From: Amphiscolops sp. MND2022
Taxonomy: Eukaryota
Direction of reading: 5' to 3'
DNA length: 64,000 nucleotides
Assembly: GCA_964187785.1 (NCBI GenBank)
Contig: OZ076409.1
Location: 33,730,001-33,794,000 of the forward strand
The notes under the pieces: generated by a model
Told to the model about the DNA's origin: nothing
The model's input: the letters and a program-made list of their open reading frames with translations, nothing else
Databases searched by the model: none
Program-made: the position numbers and the translations under genes
Part shown: positions 49,879 through 61,574 of the stretch, one piece after another
Position numbering within the stretch: position 1 is the first letter of the stretch
Layout of the letters: each line of letters begins with the position of its first letter

Positions 49879-52800
49879 TTACATGTTTCTGTTTTTCGGA
49901 AGTAACTGTTGCAGTGAAGGCGTTCCATGTAATTCGTGCATCAAGAAATCAGGGTACGTGGTAGGTTTTGGGTTGTGTCTGAGCCCGTATCGAGACATGG
50001 TGTGTCGTGATGGCGCTGGAGGGCGGTCGTTTGTTTGGTGTTCAGAATTGTTCATGCTAACATTATCCGGTTGTGGTTCTTGTGTTTCAGCTTGGCTTTC
50101 AGGTATGGATATGTTTTGATCAGATTCTATGTTTTGCCGATCGTAGTAGATCATTCCATGGTCTGCGTGTAACTCTTCGAAGTTTGATTGTTCAGGTATT
50201 ACTTGTTGTGGCTGTTCATGGACATGGTCGGGTAGGTTATTTTCAAATAACTCCTGTTCGTTGAGAGCGTCAGGATCTTCGAAATATTGTGATGCATTGT
50301 CTTGAATGTCTTCGATTGGTGCGTTTGGCGTGAATGGGCGAATCTCATTCTGTGAACGCATTGGGTGCGAAGAGTGCCAATCTTACGTATGATGTAATTT
50401 GAATTTGACAAGACTTTGACCACTTTGTATGGGCCTTCCCACTTGAATTCCTTGAATGGAATTTTTTCAGATTGCTGAGACAGTCTTTTGTTTAGCAGAA
50501 AGGTGAAATCATTTACTTTCAGAGGTGAAGCTTGCGCTTTTCGGTCGTAGTAATTCTTGTATTTGTGAAAGGCTTCGATTATGTTGTCGTGTGTTTGTTG
50601 GAATTTTTTGTTCATGTTATCTAGTATTCCAGTGACGTCAGTGGTGTTACGTTGTTCGGTTAATGGATGGCCAAATTTGACGTCAAGGGCATTGAACGGA
50701 ACACGTCCGTGGAAAACTTCAGTGGGTGTGCATCGGATAGCCTGGTGGTAGGTCGTGTTATGGGCCATTACGGCCATGTTGACGTATTTGTGCCATTGCG
50801 GTGAATCAGCTGAGATGTTGATTTTGAGAATTTGTTTCAGTTTTTAATGGGAACGTTCAGCCATCCCGATCGTTTGTGCGTGCTTTACAGAGGCGTGTTC
50901 GATTTTTATACCGGCAGACTCCATCAGAGCGTTGAGTAGTTGAGATGTGAATGTCGTTCCCTTGTCAGTTAAGATTGTTTTGGGTACATACGAGTGCTGC
51001 GTGAAGATTTGCATGAGTGCTTCCACGACCGACTTTGTGTCCGGTTTACGGATTGGTATTGCGAAGAGGTACCTAGAAAAGTAGTCGCATGCAGTGAGGA
51101 TGTGTGTGAATCCGTTGGAAGGTGGGAGTTCACCGACTAAATCGATTTCTAGTATGTCTTCTGGTCCGTTGCAGGGGTCGTATATTTGTTGAAGTGGTGG
51201 TGTGATTGCAGCTTTTTGGATTGGTTTTGAGCGGATGCAGTCCTGGCAGTTCGAGACGTATTGCAGTACCAGTTCAGAGAGGTTTGGTGAGTAGTACCTT
51301 TTACGCAGTTCATGGAGCATTTTGTTACAGCCAGGGTGACCTTGCAGAGGGTCATCGTGCAGGGATTGAATGATTTTTCGAATGGTTTCAGGGGGAGTGA
51401 CAACTTGTTTACTCTTGATTTTACCTGTACCATCAAAAAAATTCCTGTACAAAACGTTGTTCACTACTTCAAGTCTTTTCTTGTTTTTAACTAGTTTTTG
51501 GAAAAACTGACTTTCAAAGTTCACATGATTAGGAAGGGTTTCCTTTTGGTTCAAAACTCTAATCATGCGTTGGATGTCAAGGTTTACGACTTGATCCTGG
51601 ATGATTTGAAACTCCCCATTGGGGCGTACCTGGTTTACCACGATGTCATGAAGCTTTCGTCTGAATCTGGTGAACGTCATCTCGTCATGTTGCCCTGTGA
51701 TGATGGGTGTGATTTGATGACGGATGGTTTCTATCCTCTCGAGAAACTGTCCACTCGATTCGTTGCTGCACATGGGGACCTGGTTCAGGATGGCGTTGAT
51801 GGCTTCATTTTGTTTGGTGGTGGTAGTGTGTTGGTCATCAGGTATGTATTCTTCTTCTTCTTCGTCCTGCTTGGGTGTTCTTGATGCCGGGTCGATCTCG
51901 ACGTGGAAGACTGGTATCTCGTCGTTGAGTTTGAGGTGTATTCTTTCCTCTGGTCGTATGTCAAGACGAGACAGGTAGTCTGCAGCAGGGTTCTCAGTTC
52001 CCGGAACATGGGCAAGTACGAATTCAAATTGGAGCGTCTGATCGCAGTAATTCCATAGCTTCGGGGGAATCCGTTTAGACTGAAAAAATCGAGTCAGTGC
52101 TTTATTGTCCGTCATTACTATTGTTGGTTTTTTGACACCCCAGAGTATGTGTGCGAATTCATCGAATGCGAAATGCATCGCCAGGAATTCCTTTGCGTAC
52201 ATTGTTAGGGACATTTGGCCCTCCGTGAATCGTTGGGATCCAAATGATACTGGGGCGTACGTCTTCAGTGGTCCATCGTTTGTTTTGGTATAGTCTTCTA
52301 TCAGGAGGACATATCCTGCCGCATGCTCGCTGGCGTCGCACATTATAACAAGCTGTTTATCGGGTAACGGCAGACGCAGCGAAAGTTTCGCAGCTTTGGC
52401 AAGATTTTCGTTAATCTCGAAGATGATGTCCTTGTGCTGCTGGGTCAACTGGAATTTGACGTCTTTTTGGAGTAGTTTGTACAGTGGGGTGAGTTTTTCT
52501 GCTAGGCGTGGTATGTACTGCCTGTAGAACTGGACAAACCCGATGTACCTTTGGAGGGATTTGATTGATGTGGGCAATTTGATCTCCAAACGCACACTTT
52601 GACATCGACAATTTCAGTCCTGCTTTTTGGATTTGTTGGAACACAGCTTCAATGTTTGACAGTAGCTCATCTACAGTGTGGGCAGCAATCCCAATGTCGT
52701 CGACATATTGGGCACATTTATCCGCTTTCACTAGTGCATCAACGTACTCTCGCACCGTGCTGTTGAATGCTGATGGGGATCGGTTGAGTCCTTGTGCCAG

Positions 52801-54597
52801 TCGTAGATAAGCAAAAGTTCGACTTCCAAAATTAAATGCCAACAGTTGTATGGATTGTTCATCCGCCATCTGCAAACAGTGGTACGCCTGCGAGCAGTCC
52901 AGCTTGCAGAAGTACTTCTTCCCTGCCATGTGCTGGGCGGCGTCGGCGATGGTGGTGACTGGATGATTATGTTGGTTGTAATCATTTTTCAAGAGGTGGT
53001 TGATTCTGCGCAGGTCTACAAGAATGCGAAGTTTCCCATTGGGTTTGCGCTGGGCAAATATTGGTGAGGAATACTTGCTGTACGGCAACGTCGTGATGAT
53101 CCCGTATTCTTGCATCAGCGCTAGTTCGACGAGCAGGTCATCTTTGAGGTTGGTGGGTGTGGGTAAGCTCTGCGCGTAGACTGGTTCATCATGCTTCGGA
53201 GTGAGTTTGATTTTGAAGTCAGTATTGATGCCTATGTCGAGGCGGTGTCTGGCGAATACATTGTTGTACTTCACAAGGAGGTTCTCAATTTGTTGTTGTT
53301 CATGTTCATTCAGGATTGAGTTCTCCCATTTGAAGTTAGCAAGGAACTCCTTGCGTTGTTGGTCGTCTGCTGTTGGGTCCAGTTTCTCCTCTTCACGGAG
53401 TTGAGTGATTTCGTCATATATTCGTCTTTCAATGCGGTTCAGCTTGGACGGGTCATCAGATGTCTCCGGGGTTGGGTACCATCTGCGGTTGGTTTCGGTG
53501 CCGGGTTCCTGGAACAGCTGGTTCAGTACGTTGTTGGCTTCGTCCGGGTATTTGGTTATTAGTGTCAATTGTTCGTTTGACATTGGTTGTAGGTTTTTTG
53601 CTTGATTGGGAGTCATTATTTTGAAGGTGGCCACTGTCGTGTTCGGGTTGAGGGTAATTGTATGGCAGGTGAGGTTGGTGATCTGGACATGGCTTTTCTT
53701 CTCAGTGATTTGCGTTAGGGCGGGGGACACCAGTAATTGTGTCTTCCTTTCAAAGGCAGGAAAGGTTTCCACTGTGCCCTGGATTGTCCCGAGGTCCCTT
53801 TCTGCTAGGACGGGGACAATAATTTGGTGGTCCGGTTGTATGACTGTTTTCTGTGTCGTTCGTAATTCGATCATCTGGATTTTGTATCGTCCTCGTTCTG
53901 GTTTTAGTTGCAGGGTAATATCCGGGAACTTGACTACGTTGTTGGCAAGGTCAAGTGTCACTGAATACTTTTTGAAAAATGACATTCCGATCAAGATGTT
54001 ACCCATGGTTGGAAGAATCATGAAGGTTTCCTCCAATACTTTACCTCCGATGAAGAAGCGAAGTAGTACCTGTTTCCGGACAGGGACGATGCTTCCGTTT
54101 GCGATTTGGACTTTGAAGTCCGGTGCTGGGTACTCTTCGAGGAGTGCGGCTGGGTGTGCAGACAGGATTCGTCTGAGTTCGTCCTCTGACATTGCACTTC
54201 TTATTGCTCCTGTGTCGAGGAGTCCGTGGTTCTCGTATTCTCGGAATTGCAATGGGACGCACAACATCTTGTCCTTTTTGTTTAATTGGAGTGTTGCTGT
54301 TAACACCTGGATCGCCACGTCTTTCTTTCGGTTCATTGTTTTCCTTGTACAGTCAGTTGTTGTAGTCGAGTTAGAGTGCTGTTTGTCTTCTGTCGTTTGT
54401 AAGTTCACGTCCGTTGGTTCGGAGGGGGGGTTCACTTTGTCATTGGTTGTTTCGTGGTTAGTTGTAGTCTTAGGTTTCTGATCCTGCCGAAGATCAGTTG
54501 CCCAGTTTTTGTAGTTCTTCGTATAGTAGTAGTTGTTCATGTTGCGCACTTTGTTATTGTAATAGTCAGTCGGATGACGTGGCTTCAGAAGTTTTTT
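49879..54597 (-). pseudogene. pol: Pol polyprotein (aspartic protease, RT, RNase H, integrase), disrupted
   Basis: LLDTGA; YVDD; CDAS..KE...TDN..NPAADYLSR; H-x5-GH...CQDC; IDLVG/TDKG/AERSH; WEGPY. Disruptions: a deletion and frameshift after SKCAFG (~52590), TAA at 50844, and a frameshift near 50350. Confidence 0.95.
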
Positions 54598-56120
54598 GGC
54601 TGGCTGGATGATCCTTCGGTGAATTCCTGTTGGTAGTAGTCGTCACTGGTTTGCTGTTGTTGGTCCCCTGGTGCAAGTTCGTTCATTTCATTTGCTGGGT
54701 AAGGGTAGTTGTGTGCTCTTCGGAAGTCGCGTCGGAAGTCCCTGTTTTCATTTGTGGTTTGCCTTTTGTATGGCACGCTTCCGTAGGCGGAGGTTTGGGG
54801 TATTCTGTAACGGCAGTCTTTTGCGGAGTGACCTCTATATCCGCAAATTTGGCAGACCAGTTTGGCATTGTATTTTGGTTGTGTTTCTGCGTTGTTATTT
54901 TGCTGTTCGGGCTTTTTCTGAGGTTGTGAGTTGTTGTTGCCCGCTGCTTCGTCACGCAGTCGTTTTCGGCACTCAGCCCATTTGTGTCCGTAAGATGCGC
55001 AGTATCTGCAGTTGCCATCGAATTTCTTTTTGATTGTTGGTCGTTCGTTTTCGTTCCTCTTCTGAACAACTGGCTTGTTTGGGACTTCTTGTGTCTGGAT
55101 AGTTTGGTTGAACGGTTGGAGGAGTTGTTGGTTTGGTAGTAACTGGGCATATTGACATCTTCTCTGGACGAATGTTTTGATGTCTTCAATGGTGGCATTG
55201 TGTTTTCCTGCAATTGCCAGTTCGTTTTGGAGCTGGATCGGTAATTTGGCAAATAGGAAGGTCTGGACAATTTCCTGTGTCTTTTCGCCGTAGGCTTGTT
55301 TGGCAATCTTTTTGTAATTGGCGAGGAAGGTACTGAATGACTCAGGGGCCGGATCGTATCGTAGCTGGTCGAATTTGAACTTCGAGACTTCTGAGAGTTC
55401 TTCCTTTGCGTATTCTTTTTTGAATGCCGTCAGTATATCTCTCAGTGTCGTTTCTGTCGTGATTGTTAGGGTTTGCCAAAACTCAACTACGTCATCTCTG
55501 AGAAGACTCCGAAAGTAGTTGAGTTTTTGTTCTTCGGTTAGTTTGTGGGCATGTGGTCGTAAGTGGTTGAGCAATAAATGCTCGAATTCATTGTATTTGT
55601 CTCGATTTCCCTTGAATAGAGGTACTTGGGTCTGCAGGATTTTTGGATGGGTCAAGGTTTCCCCCATTGTACTGCGGAGATGGTGGATTTCCGTCATCAC
55701 ATCTGCTATCTGCGGAAAACTTTCGTCACTCCTTGGTGTCACGTTGGGTGGTGTTGTTCGAGATCCTGATGGTCGTGGGTTCGAGACTCCTGTCACCATG
55801 TCGGAACGACTGTCAGTACTTGTAGTTGCTGGATTCAGTCTGTTCCCTTCTCCATTAACGGAGGCAAACTGATTGGTCAGTGTAAGGACGATATTGGTAA
55901 GGTCTCCGATTTGTCTATTTATCTCATTAAATCGTTGGTCAATGTTATAACTGTTACCATTTTGACGTCTAGTTAAAACGTCGTCAGAGTCAAGGTCTAC
56001 CATTTGGTCTCTGGATAAAAGTTCAGGGAAACTGGCTTCACTTTCGTTATCGCTTGATCTATCCATATTTTCAGTTTCTACTTGTCTATTTTGACTACTT
56101 TGAGATCTGGTAATTACCAT
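54585..56120 (-). CDS. gag: Gag with two CCHC zinc knuckles; start codon inside the 5' LTR
   Basis: 511-aa ORF with VPLFKG...KLNYF.SLLR capsid-like region, CRYCASYGHKWAEC and CQICGYRGHSAKDC. Confidence 0.93.
   Translation of the reverse strand: MVITRSQSSQNRQVETENMDRSSDNESEASFPELLSRDQMVDLDSDDVLTRRQNGNSYNIDQRFNEINRQIGDLTNIVLTLTNQFASVNGEGNRLNPATTSTDSRSDMVTGVSNPRPSGSRTTPPNVTPRSDESFPQIADVMTEIHHLRSTMGETLTHPKILQTQVPLFKGNRDKYNEFEHLLLNHLRPHAHKLTEEQKLNYFRSLLRDDVVEFWQTLTITTETTLRDILTAFKKEYAKEELSEVSKFKFDQLRYDPAPESFSTFLANYKKIAKQAYGEKTQEIVQTFLFAKLPIQLQNELAIAGKHNATIEDIKTFVQRRCQYAQLLPNQQLLQPFNQTIQTQEVPNKPVVQKRNENERPTIKKKFDGNCRYCASYGHKWAECRKRLRDEAAGNNNSQPQKKPEQQNNNAETQPKYNAKLVCQICGYRGHSAKDCRYRIPQTSAYGSVPYKRQTTNENRDFRRDFRRAHNYPYPANEMNELAPGDQQQQTSDDYYQQEFTEGSSSQPKNF
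54591..54597 (-). promoter_or_regulatory. Putative -1 ribosomal frameshift site A-AAA-AAC at the gag/pol junction
   Basis: gag ends CCA AAA AAC TTC TGA. The -1 frame is open (KLLKPRHPTDYYNNKVRNM) into pol. Confidence 0.75.
55786..55798 (-). promoter_or_regulatory. Primer-binding site (tRNA-Leu-like)
   Basis: TGGTGACAGGAGT immediately after the CA of the 5' LTR. The tRNA identity is tentative. Confidence 0.75.
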
Positions 56121-56921
56121 GAAAAGTCTGGAAGTTTTAAGTTGAATTGAAATGTTTTAATGTTAAAACAAGGATTGATAACACGTGAGCAAGGTAGTAG
56201 GCAACTGGTTATATCAATGGTTACAACTCGTGAGTGAGTTCGGTTTTACCCGATTGTGTGACTATAAAGGTGTGTTAGCACCTTTCCTTTTAGCCAATGA
56301 CATTCGATTTACTAATTGCTATTTAATTGCACTTGACGACTGGTGGCTACAGTCGTGACGGGTGATAATCGGCGTTTAAGTATTCATGTTTGATCTAGTA
56401 TGACCGCAAGCACCAGTCATTTTAGCACGCAATTGTCTCAATTACCTCTTAAACTGAGGCTTTACTACCATGTATATTTATCATCATGGTGGCCGATTAA
56501 ATTATCGTTTGGAGGATAATTACTAAAAGGCATTGTACAAATTGCTAATATGAATGAACGAAATGTTGTTGTTATGAATGATTGAATATTCTGGTAATAC
56601 TTTACATGTAATATAAAAAATGGATGAAGAATGATTAAATGACAAACTATCACGATAGCTGATGACTGATTGTTTCAGTCGTATTTATGGGAATCACTTA
56701 TGTGACTGAATATTTCAGTCTTGGTTTCTAAACGATGCACAATAACATGAATGAATTTAGTATTGATGACTGTTAGTTCCAGTTGTTTTCCTTTCAACTG
56801 TGTTGTTCGGGGAATAAATTACTGCAATGTATTTTCATGATGATCTGTAATTTAGGGAGTTTGATGTATAAATTAATGTTTTAGAGTTCGTTTAATTCCT
56901 TCATGCTTGGCGGGCATGACA
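55799..56921 (-). repeat. 5' LTR
   Basis: Direct repeat of 41936-43059, followed by the PBS. Confidence 0.95.
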
Positions 56922-57821
56922 TTGTCCCAACGTTGAATTTGGAATTCTAGGTCAGGCAATTGTTCAAAGAGTGTTGGAAAAAAACAATTTATCATCAAAC
57001 ATTGGGTTAGGTTTTTTGAAGGTTGAATTTCGTGGAAAAAGCCCTATGTGTTGCGTATAAAATTGGAACTTAGCAAATTGAGGGGAAAGGTGGAACTGTT
57101 TGACATTTTTCTTTCCCTTTTAGAGAGAAATGAACGAAAACACTCAGGTACATAACATACTTTTTTGAGAAGTGTGAATATTTTCTGTAGAATTTTTTGA
57201 GCAAGTTCTTGTGCATCGGCTACGCTCGAGCATTAGGTAAGCCGTTGCTGGAATAATTCAGGGCATAAAATATCCCGTGCTCAGTGGGGGTCTTGTGTTT
57301 GTTAATTGGTCAAAACAATTTCTGAAGCTAGTGCTGGTGCGCTCCAAAACATTAACTTCTACAGGCACGTTTTTCACCAAGTTTTTGTGTAATAGGTACT
57401 TTTCATGGTACAGTGACAGTGAAACATCTAGAAATAGACGGGTTGGCAACCCGGGTATTCAAATAGGTGAGTGGTTTTTCTAAAAACTGCAAAAACTCAA
57501 ACGAAAAAATGATCTTCAAGTTTTCAAACAGTAATTCACTTTTTTCAATACAGTCTATTCTTTGATGGGGTTTTGAACTTTTCTCAAAAGATGGATTTTA
57601 TGAATTCATATGCTTCAGAAAAAACTTCCTCGTTTATCAGTGTTTTCCTTCAAATTCATCCTCGAATGCTGACTATTTTTTGTTCCTAAGATAACGAAAA
57701 GTTTGACAATTTCAATCTGATCTCTGCTATGTACAAAAGCAAAAACAAATCAAAATAAAATTCTATTGAAATTTTTGAAAAACATGACGCATTTGAAAAA
57801 AGTCATCAATTTGTTGTCCAC

Positions 57822-59909
57822 TTAACCGACCGGAGCTTTGTGAGAATTAGGCTGCGGTTTCGTTTTCTTCGAAGGGCAACAGTTGTTTTTCATTACGGTC
57901 GCGTGGTTGAGCAACTTCTCGAATATTTCCATTAGCGAGATTGCACTGACGCCCAACCACAGCCCCAAGAGTCCTCCAATATTACTAACCAGGGTTATGA
58001 ACGTCATAAAGGGCACAATCTCAACCACCATTTGCTGTCGACTGTTTTGGTAGTGAAATGTCACGTGAGATACGCCTTCGAACCATGATTCTCTGGTTTG
58101 GTTAGTTTCTTGACTTCAACAAAGAATTGAAGTTCAAAAATTTCAGAACATTAGAGAGATTTATAGTTAGTTAATCAGCATCTGCTAAAATCTTGCATGA
58201 CTGTCATGATCTTGAGAGAGCGCTGTGCTCGGTCGCCTCAATGACGTTTACATGAAGTACTTTGAAAAAAAAATCAAAAATCTCAACTTTCCTAATAAAA
58301 CGTTTTATTAGGAAAGTTGAGATTATAATTTTCTCAGTGTTTGAGGACATTGAATAATTGGTAAAACAATGGAAAATCAATATATTGATTTTCCATTGTT
58401 TTACCAATTATTCAATGTCCTCAAACACTGAGAAACATAATATGATATTAGATCACAATAGTTGGTTTCATCTTCCTGAAAAATTCATCAAAAACAAAAA
58501 AAATTCACGATTTTTAAAGAAACTTCAGTATAATCAAGGTAATCGCTAGAGAATATGGTTGGACCTTCTTTAATGACGTCAGCTTCACCCAGAGGGTCAT
58601 CACTGTTGTTGATTCTGTTCAAGAGCATCGTTGAAATTGTAGATTTGTAATTGTACCTCAATGAAAGATCCTCAAGTACTGTTTTCATCTTGTACTTGGT
58701 GTACTTGTTTCGTTGTCTGAACACAGTCGTCTTCAAATATGTCTGTGAACATTTGCCTAAACACTTTGAAAGACACTTTTTACTCCTACTTTCAACATTT
58801 TCTGGGAAAGCTCCCAGTGTTTTCAAACATAAGCGCCTATCCAACTTCTCCAGGCATTGAGTATTTGTAAGGTTCATTCCCACAAATGGGGCACAGCTGC
58901 ATTCCTCGTAATAGGCTTCAGCGATGCATAATTTTTCACAATAGTCAGCTTTGTAAGTCACTTCAAACGGTTCTCCGGTGAAATTATAAAACTGTGGACC
59001 TCCGGGTTTTGTACATTTTGCTTTGTCGTAAGAAATTTTTTGGGTTTTGTGTTCAGTCACTGCGGAGACAGTAACAAAGTGCTTGGGTTCCAAGAAGAAG
59101 CCGTCAGAATAAGGCATGTAATCTGTTGGATGATGAAAAGTGACGTATGCTCCTTTTTGGGCAATATACTTGCCCAGTTCGATGTCAGGATCAAAGAAGA
59201 ACCCAATTTTGACCGCCCTGTTGCCTCCGTAACCTCCCAAGTCAATCTCAGCTTGGTAACAGACCATGTCACCATCTAAATGCAACTTGAAATCAGGAAT
59301 GCAGTCCTTATAATTACCGACAACATAACAGCTTCCAATGAATCTATCCACATCTAGTTTGAATTTCTCCATGATTCTAGCACTGAGAAAGAATACGTCA
59401 TTGACTGATGTCGAAACGACCCAATTTGAATCATCGAACGTGTAATTACCAGATACTGCTTGGTCCAGAAACTCATAGGAATCGTAGCTGAACTCGGTGG
59501 CATTGTAGCTAGCTATCTTCTCAGCATCCAAGAAGACACTGTTGCAAATTTTGATGATTACAGGATCTGGTTGTTCAGGTTGATCGATAAAAGTAAACGT
59601 GGTTATAGGACTACTTTCTTGGTATTCAAGACAAGTACTACGAACAAAGACTAAAGATGCACAGATACAAAAACCCCAACCAAGAGTCCAAAGCACTTGA
59701 GTGATTGAGGGAAGCTTCGTTGTTGAAAGAAAATAGTGTTTCCAGCTTTCAAGATAAGATCGTTCTTTAATTTCGTCATCCGAACAAGACTCGTTGGAGT
59801 TTTTTTCAACTCCCGAGTTGGTCCAGGCATTATCTGTCGTCAAAACTCGCATTCTCATCAACAATTGATGCGGAAATGCTCCTTGGTGTGGATGCGGTGT
59901 TATTGATGG
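57822..59909 (-). CDS. DEG/ENaC (amiloride-sensitive sodium channel / ASIC family) subunit; exons ~59909-58565 and 58075-57822
   Basis: TM1 VLWTLGWGFCICASLVFV, P.IKICNS, Cys-rich thumb (YKADYCEKLC...CSC...CLSKCLGKC), and TM2 LVSNIGGLLGLWLGVSAISLMEIFE with the GxS filter. A good acceptor ttttcaattttag at 59910 suggests an unlocated upstream exon, or translation may start at ATG 59858. Confidence 0.9.
58078..58563. mobile_element. Non-autonomous TIR element forming the DEG/ENaC intron (Introner-like)
   Basis: TIRs TCGAACCATGATTCTCTGG and revcomp TCCAACCAT-ATTCTCTAG; 3-bp TSD CCT (AGG on the coding strand) at 58075-77 and 58564-66. Confidence 0.75.
58279..58435. repeat. Two adjacent perfect palindromes (46 bp and 106 bp)
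   Basis: 58279-58324 and 58330-58435 each equal their own reverse complement. Confidence 0.95.
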
Positions 59910-61574
59910 CTAAAATTGAAAAAAAATTTAAAAACAGAATCTGGAGAACGCGCGAGTGAAAAAGATAAAGGATGGCAAGGGACCCGTGGGATATTTTCGG
60001 CCCCAAACCAAATTAGCTACGGCATTTTCGTGAGGCTTGAGAGTGACAATTTCAACATTCATTAAGAAACATAGCTTTTCAATATTGAGCGCCATTGATA
60101 TTCATACTTACAAAAACATGCGAAGTTTACCAAAAAGCATGAAACATTAAAAGCTGGACATTTCGCTCATGATTTGGCATTTCGCGTAATCTAGAAAAAC
60201 TAACGTCAGCTTCCTGTGACGTTATTTCAGAAAATGCTAAGGAGGCAAATATTAGGTTTTCGGAAATTGTGAATACTCGAAGATTGTTTCACTTCTTTTG
60301 TACATATAAAGGCTTTTGCAATATTACTCCTTTCTTCAAAAAGGTCTTCTAAATCATTTTTTTAAAATTGAACTCCGTAGTAGCAACTGTTGCTACCCAT
60401 GAAAATAATCATAAACTAAATAATTATCCCAAAAACATGTTCTTCAATTTTTGCAATTAAGCAGCTTTTCTTGCGCTGTTTTCGATTACTTTCAAAAAAC
60501 AAAATATCCAGAGTTACACCATTATCCGAGAAGTTTTTCCATAAGCTTTTCAAAAGAGATCAATTCGTGTTGTCTGCCAAAATTTTGCAGTGATTTTCGC
60601 AAAGTCTTCCCCACGAAAACACTAGAAAGAAACATCAAATGTATCATCTATAATATCACTTGTATCATCTGTAATATCAATTGTATGATTTACTTCCTTT
60701 TGTTTTATTTTTGGACACAGATTTTCAAGTGTTTATTCTAATTAATGCGATTAACTAACTTCCCACAATTACACTCAACTTTAGCATTATAACATGACAT
60801 ACATTTTTTAGTCGGCGCTTTTCTAGTGAAAAGAGCCCGACTATTACAGTGGCTAGGTTTTTTTCTTTTTGTTTCTTCAGCGTGAACAAACAATCTCACT
60901 GTGATTCGTCCACTTTTCTTACAATCGAAACTACTAGAACTACTACCATAAGGCCAAATCCGGTCAGCGGAAACTAGTGCAAAAGGGTCCCCCCTTCCAA
61001 TTTTTACCTTTTTAACGTAACCTACAAAACCTGACGAGACTAAAGGGTCCTTTTACCTTTTTCGGCACTATGCTACATTTTCTGAAAGAAACAAATTCAA
61101 AAATTTCAGTTTTTTTTTCAAAAAAAGTCTTGCGCTTTTTGAGCCTTAAATATAGCGCCGAATTTAGACGTTCCCGTCTTGTTATAAACCTCACCCGTGT
61201 TTGGGTAAGTACAAAAAGGCAGTCGGTGGTAATAATTTTAAACACTCTTTGCATGAATCATTATGTTCACCATCATCACAACTTAGACAATTTTATTCTT
61301 TGAAAATTCATTTTTTCATATAGTTTTTATTGTTTTGAAAATTCATTTACTTATATAGCTTTCTATAGATACTCTGTAAAGTATAAAGTATAGGGACTTT
61401 TTAACTAGTGATAAAAAAACTGTTGAAGTAGTTAAAAAATACTTAAATAGTAGTATAAAAATCATTGAGGAAATAGCGAAATTGCTAACTGTTAACAATA
61501 CAATTTAGTACAACATATAATAGCAATTTAATCAGCATCAGAGATTCCTTATTGAGAAAAATCGAATTTAATAT

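Larger units (their letters stand above)
41936..56921 (-). mobile_element. Full-length Ty3/Gypsy LTR retrotransposon (~15 kb) with an extra antisense gene
   Basis: Near-identical LTRs at 41936-43059 and 55799-56921 (TG..CA), 5-bp TSD TTGTC, PBS and PPT. Gene order is gag-PR-RT-RH-IN. Confidence 0.97.
38135..58187. repeat. Tandem segmental duplication, unit 2 (interrupted by the 15-kb Gypsy element)
   Basis: Collinear with 33074-38134. The empty site gctaattgtcccaacg is present in unit 1 (~36863-36878). Confidence 0.95.

Noticed and set aside
51149..55872. Many plus-strand and alternate-frame ORFs overlapping gag-pol (e.g. 53606-54481)
   Set aside because: Shadow ORFs of the coding strand with no independent motifs or splice structure.
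58488..58564. ORF-track C-terminus GPTIFSSDY...NFFCF of the 458-aa ORF
   Set aside because: This is read-through into the TIR insertion. The true channel C-terminus (TM2) resumes at 58075.
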